DNA of 64,000 nt from Spirochaetia bacterium (GTDB lineage: Bacteria; Spirochaetota; Spirochaetia; SZUA-6; Bin103): contig CBDBOV010000004.1 in the NCBI GenBank assembly GCA_965208575.1, positions 608,001-672,000 on the forward strand, given 5' to 3'. Made by a program: the position numbers and the translations under genes. This document shows positions 39,293 through 49,361 of this stretch, one piece after another (position 1 is the stretch's first letter; every line of letters starts with the position of its first letter). The notes beneath the pieces are model-generated. The model searched no databases. It was given only the letters and a program-made list of their open reading frames with translations, and was not told where the DNA came from.

Positions 39293-41179
39293 TTATCCGC
39301 ACCCTGGGTGGGAAACGAGCCATGACACCTCGTAGGGGGCCAGGGGCAGTTCCCACGGTCCGCCGGCGGGTAGCGCGCGTTCGGTTCCGGTGATCAGTTC
39401 GCGGACGGCGCGGCGGCCCTGAAACAGGGTGGAGTCCAACCGAACCCGTTGCGGTGCCGCCGAGACGTTGGTGAGGGCAACAACGCGGCGTCCGTCGCCG
39501 TCGGCGACTACCGCCATCACCGCTGGCGGAGTGTCGAGCACCTGCAGGGGTGGACCCCCCGGGTCGAAGGCCGGCGCCGCAGCACGCACGGCGATCAGGT
39601 GCAGGAGGCGCTCCAGCACCCGCGCCATCTGGCTGCCATCGCCGTCCAGTTCGGCGTACAGCGCCGCCTCTTCGAATTGCTCCCGGTTGATGGAGCGGTT
39701 CTCGTCCAGTTGGCCGGGGTCGACCCTGTTGGGGACGCCCAGCAGGCCGTTGATGTAGAACGCCGGCACGCCGCGAAGGGTCAGGCCGAGCGCCGCGCAC
39801 GCCACGTAGCGGTCCACCTGGAGTTGCAGCGGCTCGTCGGCGTCCGCGCGGTTGATCAGGCTCCACGGAGTGGCGCACAGCTCGTAGATGATGCGCCCGC
39901 CGCCCGGCTGCCGGGAGTAGTTGGGCAGTGCGCCGTGGCCGGTGACCAGGTCCTGTACCATCCGTTCCAGGTCGGCGTCCGGCAGCAGGCCGAGCACCGG
40001 CTTGCGGCCCATGCCGTCGTGGCTTCCGTACACCGTTATGAACTGCCGGCCCCCGAACGGCTCCAGGGTGCCGAGCCAGCGCTTGTAGTGTCGCGCGTCG
40101 CCCGAATGCAACGCGTGCACGGCCAGCGGAAAGTGCGCGAACTGGTAGACCAGGTCGCTCTCCACGCCCGCTTCCACGCTGCCCAGGTAGGGCAAGATGG
40201 TATCCTGCGGTTCATTCACTTCGGCCACGCTCACCAGGTCCGCGCGTCCGGCCAGCGCATCGCGCAGCACCTGCAGCAGCCGATGGGTGTTGGGATGGTG
40301 AATGCTCGCGGTGCCGAGTTCCTTCCACATGTAGCCGGCGGCATCGAGCCGCACCCAGTCGGCGCCGTGCCCGCGGTAGCACAGCAGCACCTCCAGCATC
40401 TCCAGCAGCACGCGCGGATTGCGAAAGTTGAGATCGACCTGCCGGGTGGCAGCGCTGCCATCCGAGTTGGGCGGGCGCGAGAAGGTGGTCCACACCCAGC
40501 CGCCGACGCCGACGGACGCTTCGCCGTCCGGTGCCCCAATGGCCGGCGGATCGAACGTTGCCCGCGTGTGGCCACCGGTGGCCACCAGGTAATAACGCGT
40601 CAGCACCGGGTCCGGCCGCGGCCGGGTGAGCGCCGCCAACTCGCTCGCAGCGGGCTGCTTGCCGTCGTCATACCGTATGACGAAGTCCCGGTAGCGCGGA
40701 TCGCCGGTCAGGGCGCCCTGCACCAGCGGGTTGTCGAGCGAAGCGTGATTGATCACCAGGTCGACCATCAGGTGGGTGAACTCGCCGGCCAGCGCTTCGA
40801 TGTCCGCCCAGGTGCCGTTGCGCGAGTCTACCGCACGGTAGTCTTGCACCGAGAATCCGCGGTCGGTGTCCCACGGGTAGAACGGCAGCAGGTGCAGGGT
40901 GTTGACGGTGCCCGCCGGCAGGTAGCGCCGCACGAAGCGGCGCAGCGCGGCCAGCGGCGCGCCGGCCGCGCCGCCGATCGAGTCGGCGTAAGCGATCAGC
41001 GCCACATCTCCGGCGCCGGGCATGCGCACGGATCGCGGCTGCGACGTCGACTGGTCCTCGCGTGCCTGTGAGGCCAAGCCGTGGCGGTGCCACAATTCCT
41101 GCAGTTCCGCGAGCGCGCCATCGGCCCGGCGGCCGTAGAGATGGCGGAGATTCGCCGCCAGTCGTCGCGGAACACTCAC
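39293..41179 (-). CDS. GH13_18 sucrose-phosphorylase-family enzyme, probably glucosylglycerate phosphorylase-like
   Basis: HLLPFYP, DRGFSVQDY, WTTFS, RLDAAGY, AEVN, SHDG, YELCAT and ENRSINR. Confidence 0.85.
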   Translation of the reverse strand: MSVPRRLAANLRHLYGRRADGALAELQELWHRHGLASQAREDQSTSQPRSVRMPGAGDVALIAYADSIGGAAGAPLAALRRFVRRYLPAGTVNTLHLLPFYPWDTDRGFSVQDYRAVDSRNGTWADIEALAGEFTHLMVDLVINHASLDNPLVQGALTGDPRYRDFVIRYDDGKQPAASELAALTRPRPDPVLTRYYLVATGGHTRATFDPPAIGAPDGEASVGVGGWVWTTFSRPPNSDGSAATRQVDLNFRNPRVLLEMLEVLLCYRGHGADWVRLDAAGYMWKELGTASIHHPNTHRLLQVLRDALAGRADLVSVAEVNEPQDTILPYLGSVEAGVESDLVYQFAHFPLAVHALHSGDARHYKRWLGTLEPFGGRQFITVYGSHDGMGRKPVLGLLPDADLERMVQDLVTGHGALPNYSRQPGGGRIIYELCATPWSLINRADADEPLQLQVDRYVACAALGLTLRGVPAFYINGLLGVPNRVDPGQLDENRSINREQFEEAALYAELDGDGSQMARVLERLLHLIAVRAAAPAFDPGGPPLQVLDTPPAVMAVVADGDGRRVVALTNVSAAPQRVRLDSTLFQGRRAVRELITGTERALPAGGPWELPLAPYEVSWLVSHPGCG

Positions 41180-41271
41180 GGTGACGGCCCACCCTCGCCA
41201 CCGAGGGCGCGCCCATGGCCGCGCAAGCAAAGGACCGCTGCAGGAGCTAGCATCACGCCATACACTTTAGG

Positions 41272-43248
41272 CCGAAGTTCCAGAGCGGGAATCTTGTTAA
41301 TTCGTTATTGATCTGAAAATTGCGCTCAACAGCCGATGTCCGTTACTGGCTACACTTGGGCGCTGACCTCCAGGAGATCGAAACAGCGCTGCTGCAGCGC
41401 GGTCGGTTCGCTGTGCATGGTGAACGTGGCGCCGCTATCCACTATCCGCACGCGGTTGGCCGTCAGCGTCCCCAACTCGCTCATCAGGCTGCGAAAGCTG
41501 TGCACCGGCAGACCGTCGTCGGTACGCTTGCTCGCCGCCTTCCGGTGTGCGGCCGGTGAGCGTTCCGCCGGTTGCACCACCGACTCGCGCAGCGCCTCGC
41601 CGGCGGCGCGGTCGTGGTCGTCGAACAGCACCGGCGCCAGCTTGCTGCGCATGTGCCACTCCACGTAGTAGGCCAGCATGCACAGGAACACGTGCGCCCG
41701 CACCCGGTCTGCGCTGCGGTGATAGATCGGTCGCACCTTCAGATCCACCGTCTTCATGCTGCGGAACGCACGTTCCACCTTGGCCAAGTCCTTGTACGCC
41801 GTCACCGTCTGCTCGGCGTCGAACAGCTCCGGCTCCACGTTGGAGCGCACGATGTAGAGCCCGTCCAGTTCTTCCTCGGCCGCGATCTTGTCCAGGTCAC
41901 GCACGAACGAGAACGAGTCGTCGGTGATGGTGGTGGTGAAATGCTTGCCCACCTTGTAGTGGTTGATCACCTTGCCCACCCGCAGGCCGATCGCGGCGGC
42001 GCCGCGCAGCGGCTTTTTGGCGCGCTGCGTGGCCGTCACGATCGGCGTCAGTTCCTCCTCCGTGGAGGCCAGCAACTTCTGCCTCTTGCGCTGCCGTTGC
42101 TCGGCCAGGATCGGGTTGCGGCACACGATCAGCCGCTCGCCGGGGAACTCGGGTGAGCTGATCTCCGCCAGGTCACGCTCGTCGAACATGGTCTGCGCCA
42201 CTTCGCCGGCCTCGATCAGCTTGCGGATGGTGGGCGCCCGCAGGGTCGTGATCCAGCGCAGGCCGTCGATCCCCTGCAGGTCCTCGCGGATGCGCGCGCC
42301 GGTGAGCATGCCGCGGTCGCCGACCAGCACGACGCGCTGCAAGCCGAAACGGTTGCGAATCTTGTCGACCTGAGCGGCGACCGTCTTGGGGTCACTGGTG
42401 GAGCCCTCGAATACCTCGACGGCGATGGGACAGCCGTCTGCGGTACACAGCAGGCCGAACACGATCTGCAAGGTGCCGCGTTTGCCGTCGCGGCTGTGAC
42501 CACGGCGCGCCAACGGGCAGGTGTGGCCATGGAAGTAACTGGAAGTCAGGTCGTACAACATGAGCGTGTTGTCATGCAGATGGCGCTTGGCCAAGCGCTG
42601 CTCGATGCCGTGCTGGCGAGCGAGCAGCCAATCCATGGCGGCATACAGCTCATTCTCGTCGACGGCTCCCAACTGCAGCAGGTGGCCGAGGGAGGAGACG
42701 GCGCTTTCGGGGTTGAGGCCGCGAGCGGTGGCGAGTTTGGAGCGAGCGTCGACGACGCGAGCGACGATCATGGCGACGACCAGGTCGCGTTCACGGGAGG
42801 CGGGACGAGCGACGAGGGAATGGAGGGAGAGCTTGCGGAGGGAACCGAGGACGGCGGCGACGTGGCCGTGGGGATAGCTGCGCAAGATGGAGAGCAGTTC
42901 GTTGGGAGAGCGCAGAGCGATACCGCCGTTGAGGAGGACGCGCAAACCCTCGACGAGGTGATCGGGCCACTTGGAGAGGTTGGCGATGGTGCGTTTTTTG
43001 ACCTTGCCGTGCTGGCGGAAGGACTCGCGGAGGAGGACGGCTGGGGGAGAGTTGCGGTTGGGGACGGTGTCGATGTACATGGGCACCCTACGGAGGGAAT
43101 GGTAGATCATTTAATAATTACATGTCAACCAGATGAGAGAAAATTAACGCTGAACCACAGGACTATTTACATGGACACGATTTACACCCATGAACACGCT
43201 AATTCCTGTAATAGGAAACAGTTACAAGAACGGCCTCTCAAACCTCGG
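41272..43248 (-). mobile_element. IS1634-family insertion sequence, copy 1
   Basis: Ends CCGAAGTTC...AAACCTCGG, flanked by 6-bp target duplication TTTAGG (41266-41271 and 43249-43254). Confidence 0.93.
41350..43080 (-). CDS. IS1634-family transposase
   Basis: YDLTSSYF, GHSRDGK, LVGDRGM and VERAFRSMK...RPIYH...RVRAHVFLC. Confidence 0.95.
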   Translation of the reverse strand: MYIDTVPNRNSPPAVLLRESFRQHGKVKKRTIANLSKWPDHLVEGLRVLLNGGIALRSPNELLSILRSYPHGHVAAVLGSLRKLSLHSLVARPASRERDLVVAMIVARVVDARSKLATARGLNPESAVSSLGHLLQLGAVDENELYAAMDWLLARQHGIEQRLAKRHLHDNTLMLYDLTSSYFHGHTCPLARRGHSRDGKRGTLQIVFGLLCTADGCPIAVEVFEGSTSDPKTVAAQVDKIRNRFGLQRVVLVGDRGMLTGARIREDLQGIDGLRWITTLRAPTIRKLIEAGEVAQTMFDERDLAEISSPEFPGERLIVCRNPILAEQRQRKRQKLLASTEEELTPIVTATQRAKKPLRGAAAIGLRVGKVINHYKVGKHFTTTITDDSFSFVRDLDKIAAEEELDGLYIVRSNVEPELFDAEQTVTAYKDLAKVERAFRSMKTVDLKVRPIYHRSADRVRAHVFLCMLAYYVEWHMRSKLAPVLFDDHDRAAGEALRESVVQPAERSPAAHRKAASKRTDDGLPVHSFRSLMSELGTLTANRVRIVDSGATFTMHSEPTALQQRCFDLLEVSAQV

Positions 43249-43440
43249 TTTAGGGCACCGCCGCGCCGGCCGCCAGCCGCTCCCCGGAGTCGAGGGCGGC
43301 ACGGCTACGCACTTCCGGCGGGCCGGGCCGGATACCGGCACTGCCGGCGCGGTGCGCCGCCCGTGTGCTTCCGGGCCGCGCTGCTGCATCGCAAGCCGGG
43401 GCATGCCAAACCTGCCAACAACCTGCCAAGCCGGATTTAC

Positions 43441-43469
43441 TTGACACCTTCCCGGAAACGGACTACCAG
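43441..43469 (+). promoter_or_regulatory. Putative sigma70 promoter of the dehydrogenase/sugar-ABC/suyAB operon
   Basis: TTGACA-17-TACCAG, with a GGAAACG half-site in the spacer resembling a LacI-type operator. Confidence 0.4.
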
Positions 43470-43528
43470 AAACAGCCGCCGGCGGCGCGGGGCATGCTCC
43501 GCGCACCGGAAGCGAGGAGGTTCGCACC

Positions 43529-44533
43529 ATGGATGCCCAAGCCCTGATCTGCGATGCGCAGCACAATTTCTCCCTGCGCGACGTGACGCTCCCGGACCCC
43601 GATCCCGGCGACGTGGTGATCCGCACGCTATGGTCGGGGGTCAGCATCGGCACCGAGTTCATGTTCGTGCGCGGGACGCTCGACGGCGTCCGCTACCCGC
43701 TGTGCACCGGCTACATGGCCACCGGCGTGGTCGAGGCCGCCGGCGCCGACGTGTCAGCCTACTCCGCCGGCGACCTGGTGTACTTCCGCGCCAGCCCGGG
43801 GATGCGGCTCCAGGGCGAGCCCGTGCACACCGTCGCCGGCACGCACGCCAGCCACGCCGTGCTGGACGCGGGGCGCCCCGACACCGCCCTCCTGCCCGCC
43901 GGCGTGCCCGTGGACGTTGCCAGCGCCTTCGTGCTGCCGGGGGTCGGGCTGCACGGGGTGGACATCAGCAACCCGCGGCTCGGCGATTCGGTGCTGGTGT
44001 TCGGCGTCGGGCTGGTGGGTCTGTCGGTGGTGGTGTGGGCCAACCAGCGCGGCTGCGTGGTGGTGGCCGTGGACCGCGACCCGGCGCGCCTGGAAGTGGC
44101 GCGCAAGCTCGGCGCCCGCCACCTGATCGATGCCTCCGCCACGGACGTCGCGCACGCCGTCGAGGAGCGCTGGCCGGGCGGCTGCGACGTGGTGTTCGAA
44201 GCCACCGGCCTGCCGGCCAACGTCGACGCCGCCATCGCCCTGACCCGGCCGCGCGGCAAGTTCGTGTGGCAGGGCCACTACGGCAAGGATCCGATCCACT
44301 TCCGCTACCCGGTGCCGCACGGCAAGCGCGTCAGGATGTTCTTCCCCTGCAACGACGGCGAGCAGCCGGCCCGCGAGATGATCATGCACAACCTCGCCCT
44401 CGGCTACCTGCCGTGGGAGCACACCGTGACCCACCGGGTCTCCAGCCGTGAGGCCCCGAACCTGTATCGCCGCATCCTGCAAGGCAACCCGGACGGCGTG
44501 ATAGGCGCCCTCATCCATTGGTCGGACCGCTGA
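43529..44533 (+). CDS. Medium-chain (zinc-binding-type) dehydrogenase
   Basis: SGVSIGTE, GYMATG, GVGLVG and DVVFEATG. The canonical GHE Zn ligand is absent. Confidence 0.85.
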   Translation: MDAQALICDAQHNFSLRDVTLPDPDPGDVVIRTLWSGVSIGTEFMFVRGTLDGVRYPLCTGYMATGVVEAAGADVSAYSAGDLVYFRASPGMRLQGEPVHTVAGTHASHAVLDAGRPDTALLPAGVPVDVASAFVLPGVGLHGVDISNPRLGDSVLVFGVGLVGLSVVVWANQRGCVVVAVDRDPARLEVARKLGARHLIDASATDVAHAVEERWPGGCDVVFEATGLPANVDAAIALTRPRGKFVWQGHYGKDPIHFRYPVPHGKRVRMFFPCNDGEQPAREMIMHNLALGYLPWEHTVTHRVSSREAPNLYRRILQGNPDGVIGALIHWSDR

Positions 44534-44624
44534 TCTCGACACCGTTACGAAACCGGACTCTCGGTGCGGATCTTGACCGGCGGGCTTGTGTTCGTTTTAT
44601 TCAGGGCACGCAACAGGAGGAACT

Positions 44625-45890
44625 ATGCGACGACTATTGACGGGGGTCCTGGTGGGAGCCCTGGTATTGGCGGTCTCGGCGCCGGTGATGGGCGCCCCCG
44701 GCCAGGAAGGAGCGGGTGGCGAGGTGGTGCTCGACTGGCCGACGATCTGGGTGCCGCCAGACTCCAAGTCGGAGACCATCGCGGCGCTGATCGAGCGCTT
44801 CAACGAGGAGAACGCGGGTGCCATCCGCATTCAGCTGGAGGGCATCCCCGACTACGACGGCTACGCGGACAAGATGAACACGCAGCTTGCCAGCGGCAGC
44901 GCGCCCGACCTGTTCATCTTCTCCCCCAACCCGACCACCTTCCAGTACTACGACTCCGACGTGCTGATGGACTTCACCGAGGAGCTGAGCGGGCCGTGGT
45001 CGGAGATCTTCGTGTCCGGCTACATCGAGGCGAGCACCCGCAACGGCCGCACCAAGACCGTCCCGTACGAGATCGGCCTGACGCCGATCTGGTACAACAG
45101 CGCGCACCTCGCCAAGGTCGGGTACGACGAGTTCCCGGCAACGATGGACGAGTTCTGGGCGCTGGCCGACGCGCTGAAGGCCGCGGACATCGTGCCCACC
45201 AGCCAGATGACCGGCGGCGGCAACGCGTGGACCAGCATGCTCTGGTTCAGCCACCTGGCCGGCAGCATCGGCGGCCCCGACGTGTGGTCGAAACCGCTGT
45301 CCGACCCCGTGTTCGAGCAGGCGGCGGCGGTGCTGATGCGCCTTTACCAGGACGGCAACACCACGCGCGACGCGGTCGGCGGCGACGCCGGCGTGTCGGG
45401 CGGCCACTACATGGCCGGCAACACCGCCGTATTCCTGAACGGTCCCTGGTACATCGGCCGCATCCGCAACGATGCGCCGGACACCTACTCCGCCACCAAG
45501 GTGGCCGCCGCGCCGCGGGTGGGCGACCATCACGGCCACCAGATCGGATTCATGCTTTCCAACCTGGCGGCCGCGAACACCGACGATCCGAATCGGCGCG
45601 CCGCGGTGGTCAAGTGGATGCAGTTCATGACCGACCCGGAGAACGTGCGCTTCATCAGTGAATCGGCGGGATCGATGTTCTCGATCAAGTACGAACTCAC
45701 CGATGCGGCGGATCCATTGCAAAAGGCGTTCGTGCAGGCCAGCAGCGACGCGACGTTCGTGATCCCACCGCTCACGGTCGCCCACAAGGTGCAGGTGGTG
45801 GACACGTTCAAGGAGGCGCTCGCGGCAATGGCGCTCGGCGAGGCGACGCCGGCCGAGTTCGTGCAGATGCTCGTCGACGCCAACCGGTAG
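44625..45890 (+). CDS. Carbohydrate ABC transporter substrate-binding protein (family 1)
   Basis: AGGAGG RBS and signal peptide, LASGSAPDLF, IWYN...PATMDEF and NGPWYIG. Confidence 0.9.
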   Translation: MRRLLTGVLVGALVLAVSAPVMGAPGQEGAGGEVVLDWPTIWVPPDSKSETIAALIERFNEENAGAIRIQLEGIPDYDGYADKMNTQLASGSAPDLFIFSPNPTTFQYYDSDVLMDFTEELSGPWSEIFVSGYIEASTRNGRTKTVPYEIGLTPIWYNSAHLAKVGYDEFPATMDEFWALADALKAADIVPTSQMTGGGNAWTSMLWFSHLAGSIGGPDVWSKPLSDPVFEQAAAVLMRLYQDGNTTRDAVGGDAGVSGGHYMAGNTAVFLNGPWYIGRIRNDAPDTYSATKVAAAPRVGDHHGHQIGFMLSNLAAANTDDPNRRAAVVKWMQFMTDPENVRFISESAGSMFSIKYELTDAADPLQKAFVQASSDATFVIPPLTVAHKVQVVDTFKEALAAMALGEATPAEFVQMLVDANR

Positions 45891-45914
45891 CTCGACCGGA
45901 GCTTCGATGATGGG

Positions 45915-45955
45915 ACGACCCGCTGTCTCACCAGGCGGCGGGTCGTTTTCTTTTT
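45915..45955 (+). terminator. Rho-independent-type hairpin between SBP and permease
   Basis: ACGACCCGCTGTCT-CACC-AGGCGGCGGGTCGT followed by TTTCTTTTT. Confidence 0.75.
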
Positions 45956-45975
45956 CGGATGGGGAGGGCGATGCG

Positions 45976-46866
45976 ATGATAGTGCGATCGGGCCGGGTCT
46001 GGTTCTGGCGTGCCGTGTTCCTGGCCCCGACACTGGCCCTGTTCGCGATGTACTTCGTGTATCCGCTCGGCTTCGTGTTCGTGATCAGCACGCTGGAGTG
46101 GAACGGCATCACGGCGCCGGTGTTCGTCGGCGTACAGAACTACCTCGACAATTTCCAGGCGCGCCAGTTCCAGTTCGCATTGCGCAACAACTTCATCTGG
46201 GTGGCGGCCCTGGCGATCGGCAAGATCTCGCTGGCCGCGCTGGTGGCGATGATCCTGGCCCGGCAGCCGTTCGCCTGGCGCCTGCTGCGCACGGTCTATT
46301 TCGTTCCGGTGGTGATCAGCCAGGTGGCGATCGCGATGATGTGGCGCGCCATCTACAACGCCGAGTACGGCATCATCAACCAGGCGCTGGAACGGATGGG
46401 AGCCGCGCACCTCACCCGCAACTGGCTCGGCGAGCTTGCCACCGCGTTGCCGGCCATCCTGACCCAGGAAGTGTTCTACATCGGCTACTTCATGATCATC
46501 ATCCTGGCCTACGCGATGACCATCCCGGAGAGCTACTACGACGCCGCCCAGCTCGACGGTGCCAACGTGCTGCAGCAGGAGCGCTACATCACCCTGCCGA
46601 TGATCAAGCCGATCCTGATCACCACCATGACGCTGGCCACCGCTTTCGCCCTGCGCCACTTCGAGGCGACCTTCCTGCTCACCGACGGCGGCCCCGCGTT
46701 CCGGACCACGGTGCTCGGCCTGCAGCTCTACAAGATGACCTCCGCGCTGGACTACGGGCACGCCAACGCCACCGGCGGCACGCTGGTGCTGATCGGCCTG
46801 ACCCTGATCACGCTGATCCGCACAACCGTCGGGAGGCGCGATGCCGCGTCCGAGTCGGCGCAATAG
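45976..46866 (+). CDS. Carbohydrate ABC permease
   Basis: FVGVQNY, YFVPVVIS, IPESYYDAAQLDGA (EAA loop) and LTDGGP. Confidence 0.92.
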   Translation: MIVRSGRVWFWRAVFLAPTLALFAMYFVYPLGFVFVISTLEWNGITAPVFVGVQNYLDNFQARQFQFALRNNFIWVAALAIGKISLAALVAMILARQPFAWRLLRTVYFVPVVISQVAIAMMWRAIYNAEYGIINQALERMGAAHLTRNWLGELATALPAILTQEVFYIGYFMIIILAYAMTIPESYYDAAQLDGANVLQQERYITLPMIKPILITTMTLATAFALRHFEATFLLTDGGPAFRTTVLGLQLYKMTSALDYGHANATGGTLVLIGLTLITLIRTTVGRRDAASESAQ

Positions 46867-46872
46867 GAGGCC

Positions 46873-47730
46873 ATGGTGAGCGATGTCGCCGGCGCGCGCA
46901 TGACCTTCGGGGTGGCTTCCGGGCGTACCGGGAAGTGGCTGGTGCTCGGGTTCTTCCTGGTGTTCACGTTCGTGCCGCTGCTGTGGCTGGTGATCTCCAG
47001 CTTCAAGACCAACCTGGAACTGACCACCAGGCCGTTCGCGCTGCCGGAGGTGTGGCAGTTCCGGAACTACGTGACGGCGTTTCAGATCGCGGGTCTGTTC
47101 GGCCTGTTCCGCAACAGCATCATCATCTCGTTCGCGTCCACCGCCATCACCGTGCTGGTAACCTCGATGGCGGCGTTCGTGTTCGCGCGCGAGAAGTTTC
47201 CGTTCAGCGGGGCGCTGCTCGGCCTGATCCTGGCCGGCGTCCTGATCCCGATCATCGGGCTGATGGCGCCCTACTTCCGGCTGATCAACGCGCTCGGCCT
47301 GTACGACACCCGGCTGGCGCTGATCCTGACTTACAGCGGGATCAACCTGCCGATAGCAACCTTTCTCATGCACGGCTACATGAGGTCGATTCCGTTCGAG
47401 CTGGAGGAGGCGGCGGTAATCGACGGTGCGACCTTCCTGCAGCGCTTCACCAAGGTGGTGTTTCCCCTGTCCAAGTCGGGCCTGGTGACCGCCGGCACGT
47501 TCGTGTTCCTGTTCGGCTGGAACGAGTTCATCTACGCGCTGCTGCTTACCTCGCGCCAGCAGGTGCGCACCGTCCAGTTCGGCATCCGTCACTTCGTGCA
47601 CCAGTTCTTTACCGACTACACGGCGATGTTCGCCGCGATCGTGGTCACCATCGTGCCGAGCATCATTGTCTATATTCTGTTTCACGAACGCATCGTGAAG
47701 GGCCTGACCAGCGGTGCATTGAAGGGCTAG
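46873..47730 (+). CDS. Carbohydrate ABC permease
   Basis: SSFKT, IPFELEEAAVIDGA, WNEF and GLTSGALKG. Confidence 0.93.
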   Translation: MVSDVAGARMTFGVASGRTGKWLVLGFFLVFTFVPLLWLVISSFKTNLELTTRPFALPEVWQFRNYVTAFQIAGLFGLFRNSIIISFASTAITVLVTSMAAFVFAREKFPFSGALLGLILAGVLIPIIGLMAPYFRLINALGLYDTRLALILTYSGINLPIATFLMHGYMRSIPFELEEAAVIDGATFLQRFTKVVFPLSKSGLVTAGTFVFLFGWNEFIYALLLTSRQQVRTVQFGIRHFVHQFFTDYTAMFAAIVVTIVPSIIVYILFHERIVKGLTSGALKG

Positions 47731-47751
47731 GGAGGACCATCGAGAACGCCC

Positions 47752-48036
47752 GTGACGACGCACTATGTTATTCACCACAAGAAAGATACCGTCGGGGTGG
47801 CGGTTGCTGAGGGGATCGCGGAGGCGCAGGAGCTGACCGGCTGGCAGATGGATGGCGACGAGACAGTGTCCATCCGGTCCCGCGATCCGATTCCGCTCGG
47901 CCACAAGATCGCGCTGACCGAAATCGCCGCCGGCGACTCCATCATCAAGTACGGCCACGACATCGGACGCGCGATTGCGCCGATCGGCGCCGGTCATCAC
48001 GTACACGTGCACAACGTCAAGACGAGGCGCTGGTAA
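47752..48036 (+). CDS. suyA: (R)-sulfolactate sulfo-lyase alpha subunit (SAF domain)
   Basis: [15 protein letters not shown]...LTGWQMD...IPLGHKIAL...[10 protein letters not shown]...[12 protein letters not shown]. Confidence 0.8.
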   Translation: MTTHYVIHHKKDTVGVAVAEGIAEAQELTGWQMDGDETVSIRSRDPIPLGHKIALTEIAAGDSIIKYGHDIGRAIAPIGAGHHVHVHNVKTRRW

Positions 48037-48037
48037 C

Positions 48038-49216
48038 ATGGCTACGGCTCTGCCGGGTTCGTTCTGGGGCTACCGGCGCGAGAACGGCCGCGCCGGCATC
48101 CGCAATCACGTGCTGATCCTGCCGCTCGACGACATCTCCAACGCCGCCTGCGAGGCGGTGGCCAACAACATCAAGGGCACGCTCGCGATTCCGCACGCCT
48201 ACGGGCGCCTGCAGTTCGGCGCCGACCTGGAGCTGTACTTCCGCACTATCATCGGCACCGGCTGCAACCCCAACGTGGCGGCGTGCGTGGTGATCGGCAT
48301 CGAGCCGGGCTGGACCGCGCGCGTGGTGGACGGCATCGCCGCCACCGGCAAGCCGGTGGCCGGTTTCTCGATCGAGGAGCACGGCGACCTGGCCACCATC
48401 GCCGCCGCCTCCCGCACCGCCCAGGAATACACGATATGGGCCTCCGAGTTGCGCCGCGAGGAGTGCGCCATCGACCAACTCCACCTGTCGATGAAGTGCG
48501 GCGAGTCGGATACCACCTCCGGCAGCGGCTCCTGCCCGACCGTCGGCAACCTGCTCGACAAGCTCGACCCGCTCGGCATCACCTCCTGCTTCGGGGAGAC
48601 CTCCGAACTCACCGGCGCCGAGCGGGTGTGCGCCGAGCGCGCCGCCACCGCTGCCGTGAAGGCCAAGTTCCTGGCCACCTGGCAAGCCTACATGGACGAG
48701 GTGATCGAACCGCACAAGACCAGCGACCTGTCGGAGTCGCAGCCCACCAGGGGCAACATCGCCGGCGGCCTGACCACCATCGAGGAGAAGGCGTTCGGCA
48801 ACCTGCAGAAGATCGGCCGCAGCACGCGCTTCGTCGACGTGCTGGAGCCGGCGCAGGAGCCGCCCGCCAGCCCGGGTCTGTACTTCATGGACACCTCTTC
48901 GGCGGCCGCCGAGTGCGTGACCCTGCAGGCCGCCGCCGGCTTCGTGGTACACCTGTTCCCGACCGGCCAGGGCAACGTGATCGGCCACCCGATCGAGCCG
49001 GTGATCAAGCTCACCGCCAACCCGCGCACGGCGCGCACCATGGCGGAGCACATCGACCTCGACGTGTCCGGCATCCTGCGCCGCGAGATGACCTACGACG
49101 AGGCCGGCGACGCCCTGATCGACCTGACCATCCGCACCTGCAACGGCCGCCTGACCTGCGCCGAAACCCTCGGCCACCGCGAGTTCAGCATCACCAAGCT
49201 CTACCGCAGCGCGTAA
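48038..49216 (+). CDS. suyB: (R)-sulfolactate sulfo-lyase beta subunit (UxaA family)
   Basis: [54 protein letters not shown]...[11 protein letters not shown]...GIEPGWT closely matches SuyB as recalled, rather than generic UxaA/GarD. Confidence 0.85.
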   Translation: MATALPGSFWGYRRENGRAGIRNHVLILPLDDISNAACEAVANNIKGTLAIPHAYGRLQFGADLELYFRTIIGTGCNPNVAACVVIGIEPGWTARVVDGIAATGKPVAGFSIEEHGDLATIAAASRTAQEYTIWASELRREECAIDQLHLSMKCGESDTTSGSGSCPTVGNLLDKLDPLGITSCFGETSELTGAERVCAERAATAAVKAKFLATWQAYMDEVIEPHKTSDLSESQPTRGNIAGGLTTIEEKAFGNLQKIGRSTRFVDVLEPAQEPPASPGLYFMDTSSAAAECVTLQAAAGFVVHLFPTGQGNVIGHPIEPVIKLTANPRTARTMAEHIDLDVSGILRREMTYDEAGDALIDLTIRTCNGRLTCAETLGHREFSITKLYRSA

Positions 49217-49361
49217 CGGAGAGCGACATCCGGAGACGATGAACTGGTCCCAACCACGGGAATCCTCGGAAAGAACGCGTTCGTTGGCTGTGGAAGTGGT
49301 CGGTCAGCGCGGGTGCTGTACCGTATAGTGCTCCGAGGATTGGCCAAGGACCGGGGATGTA

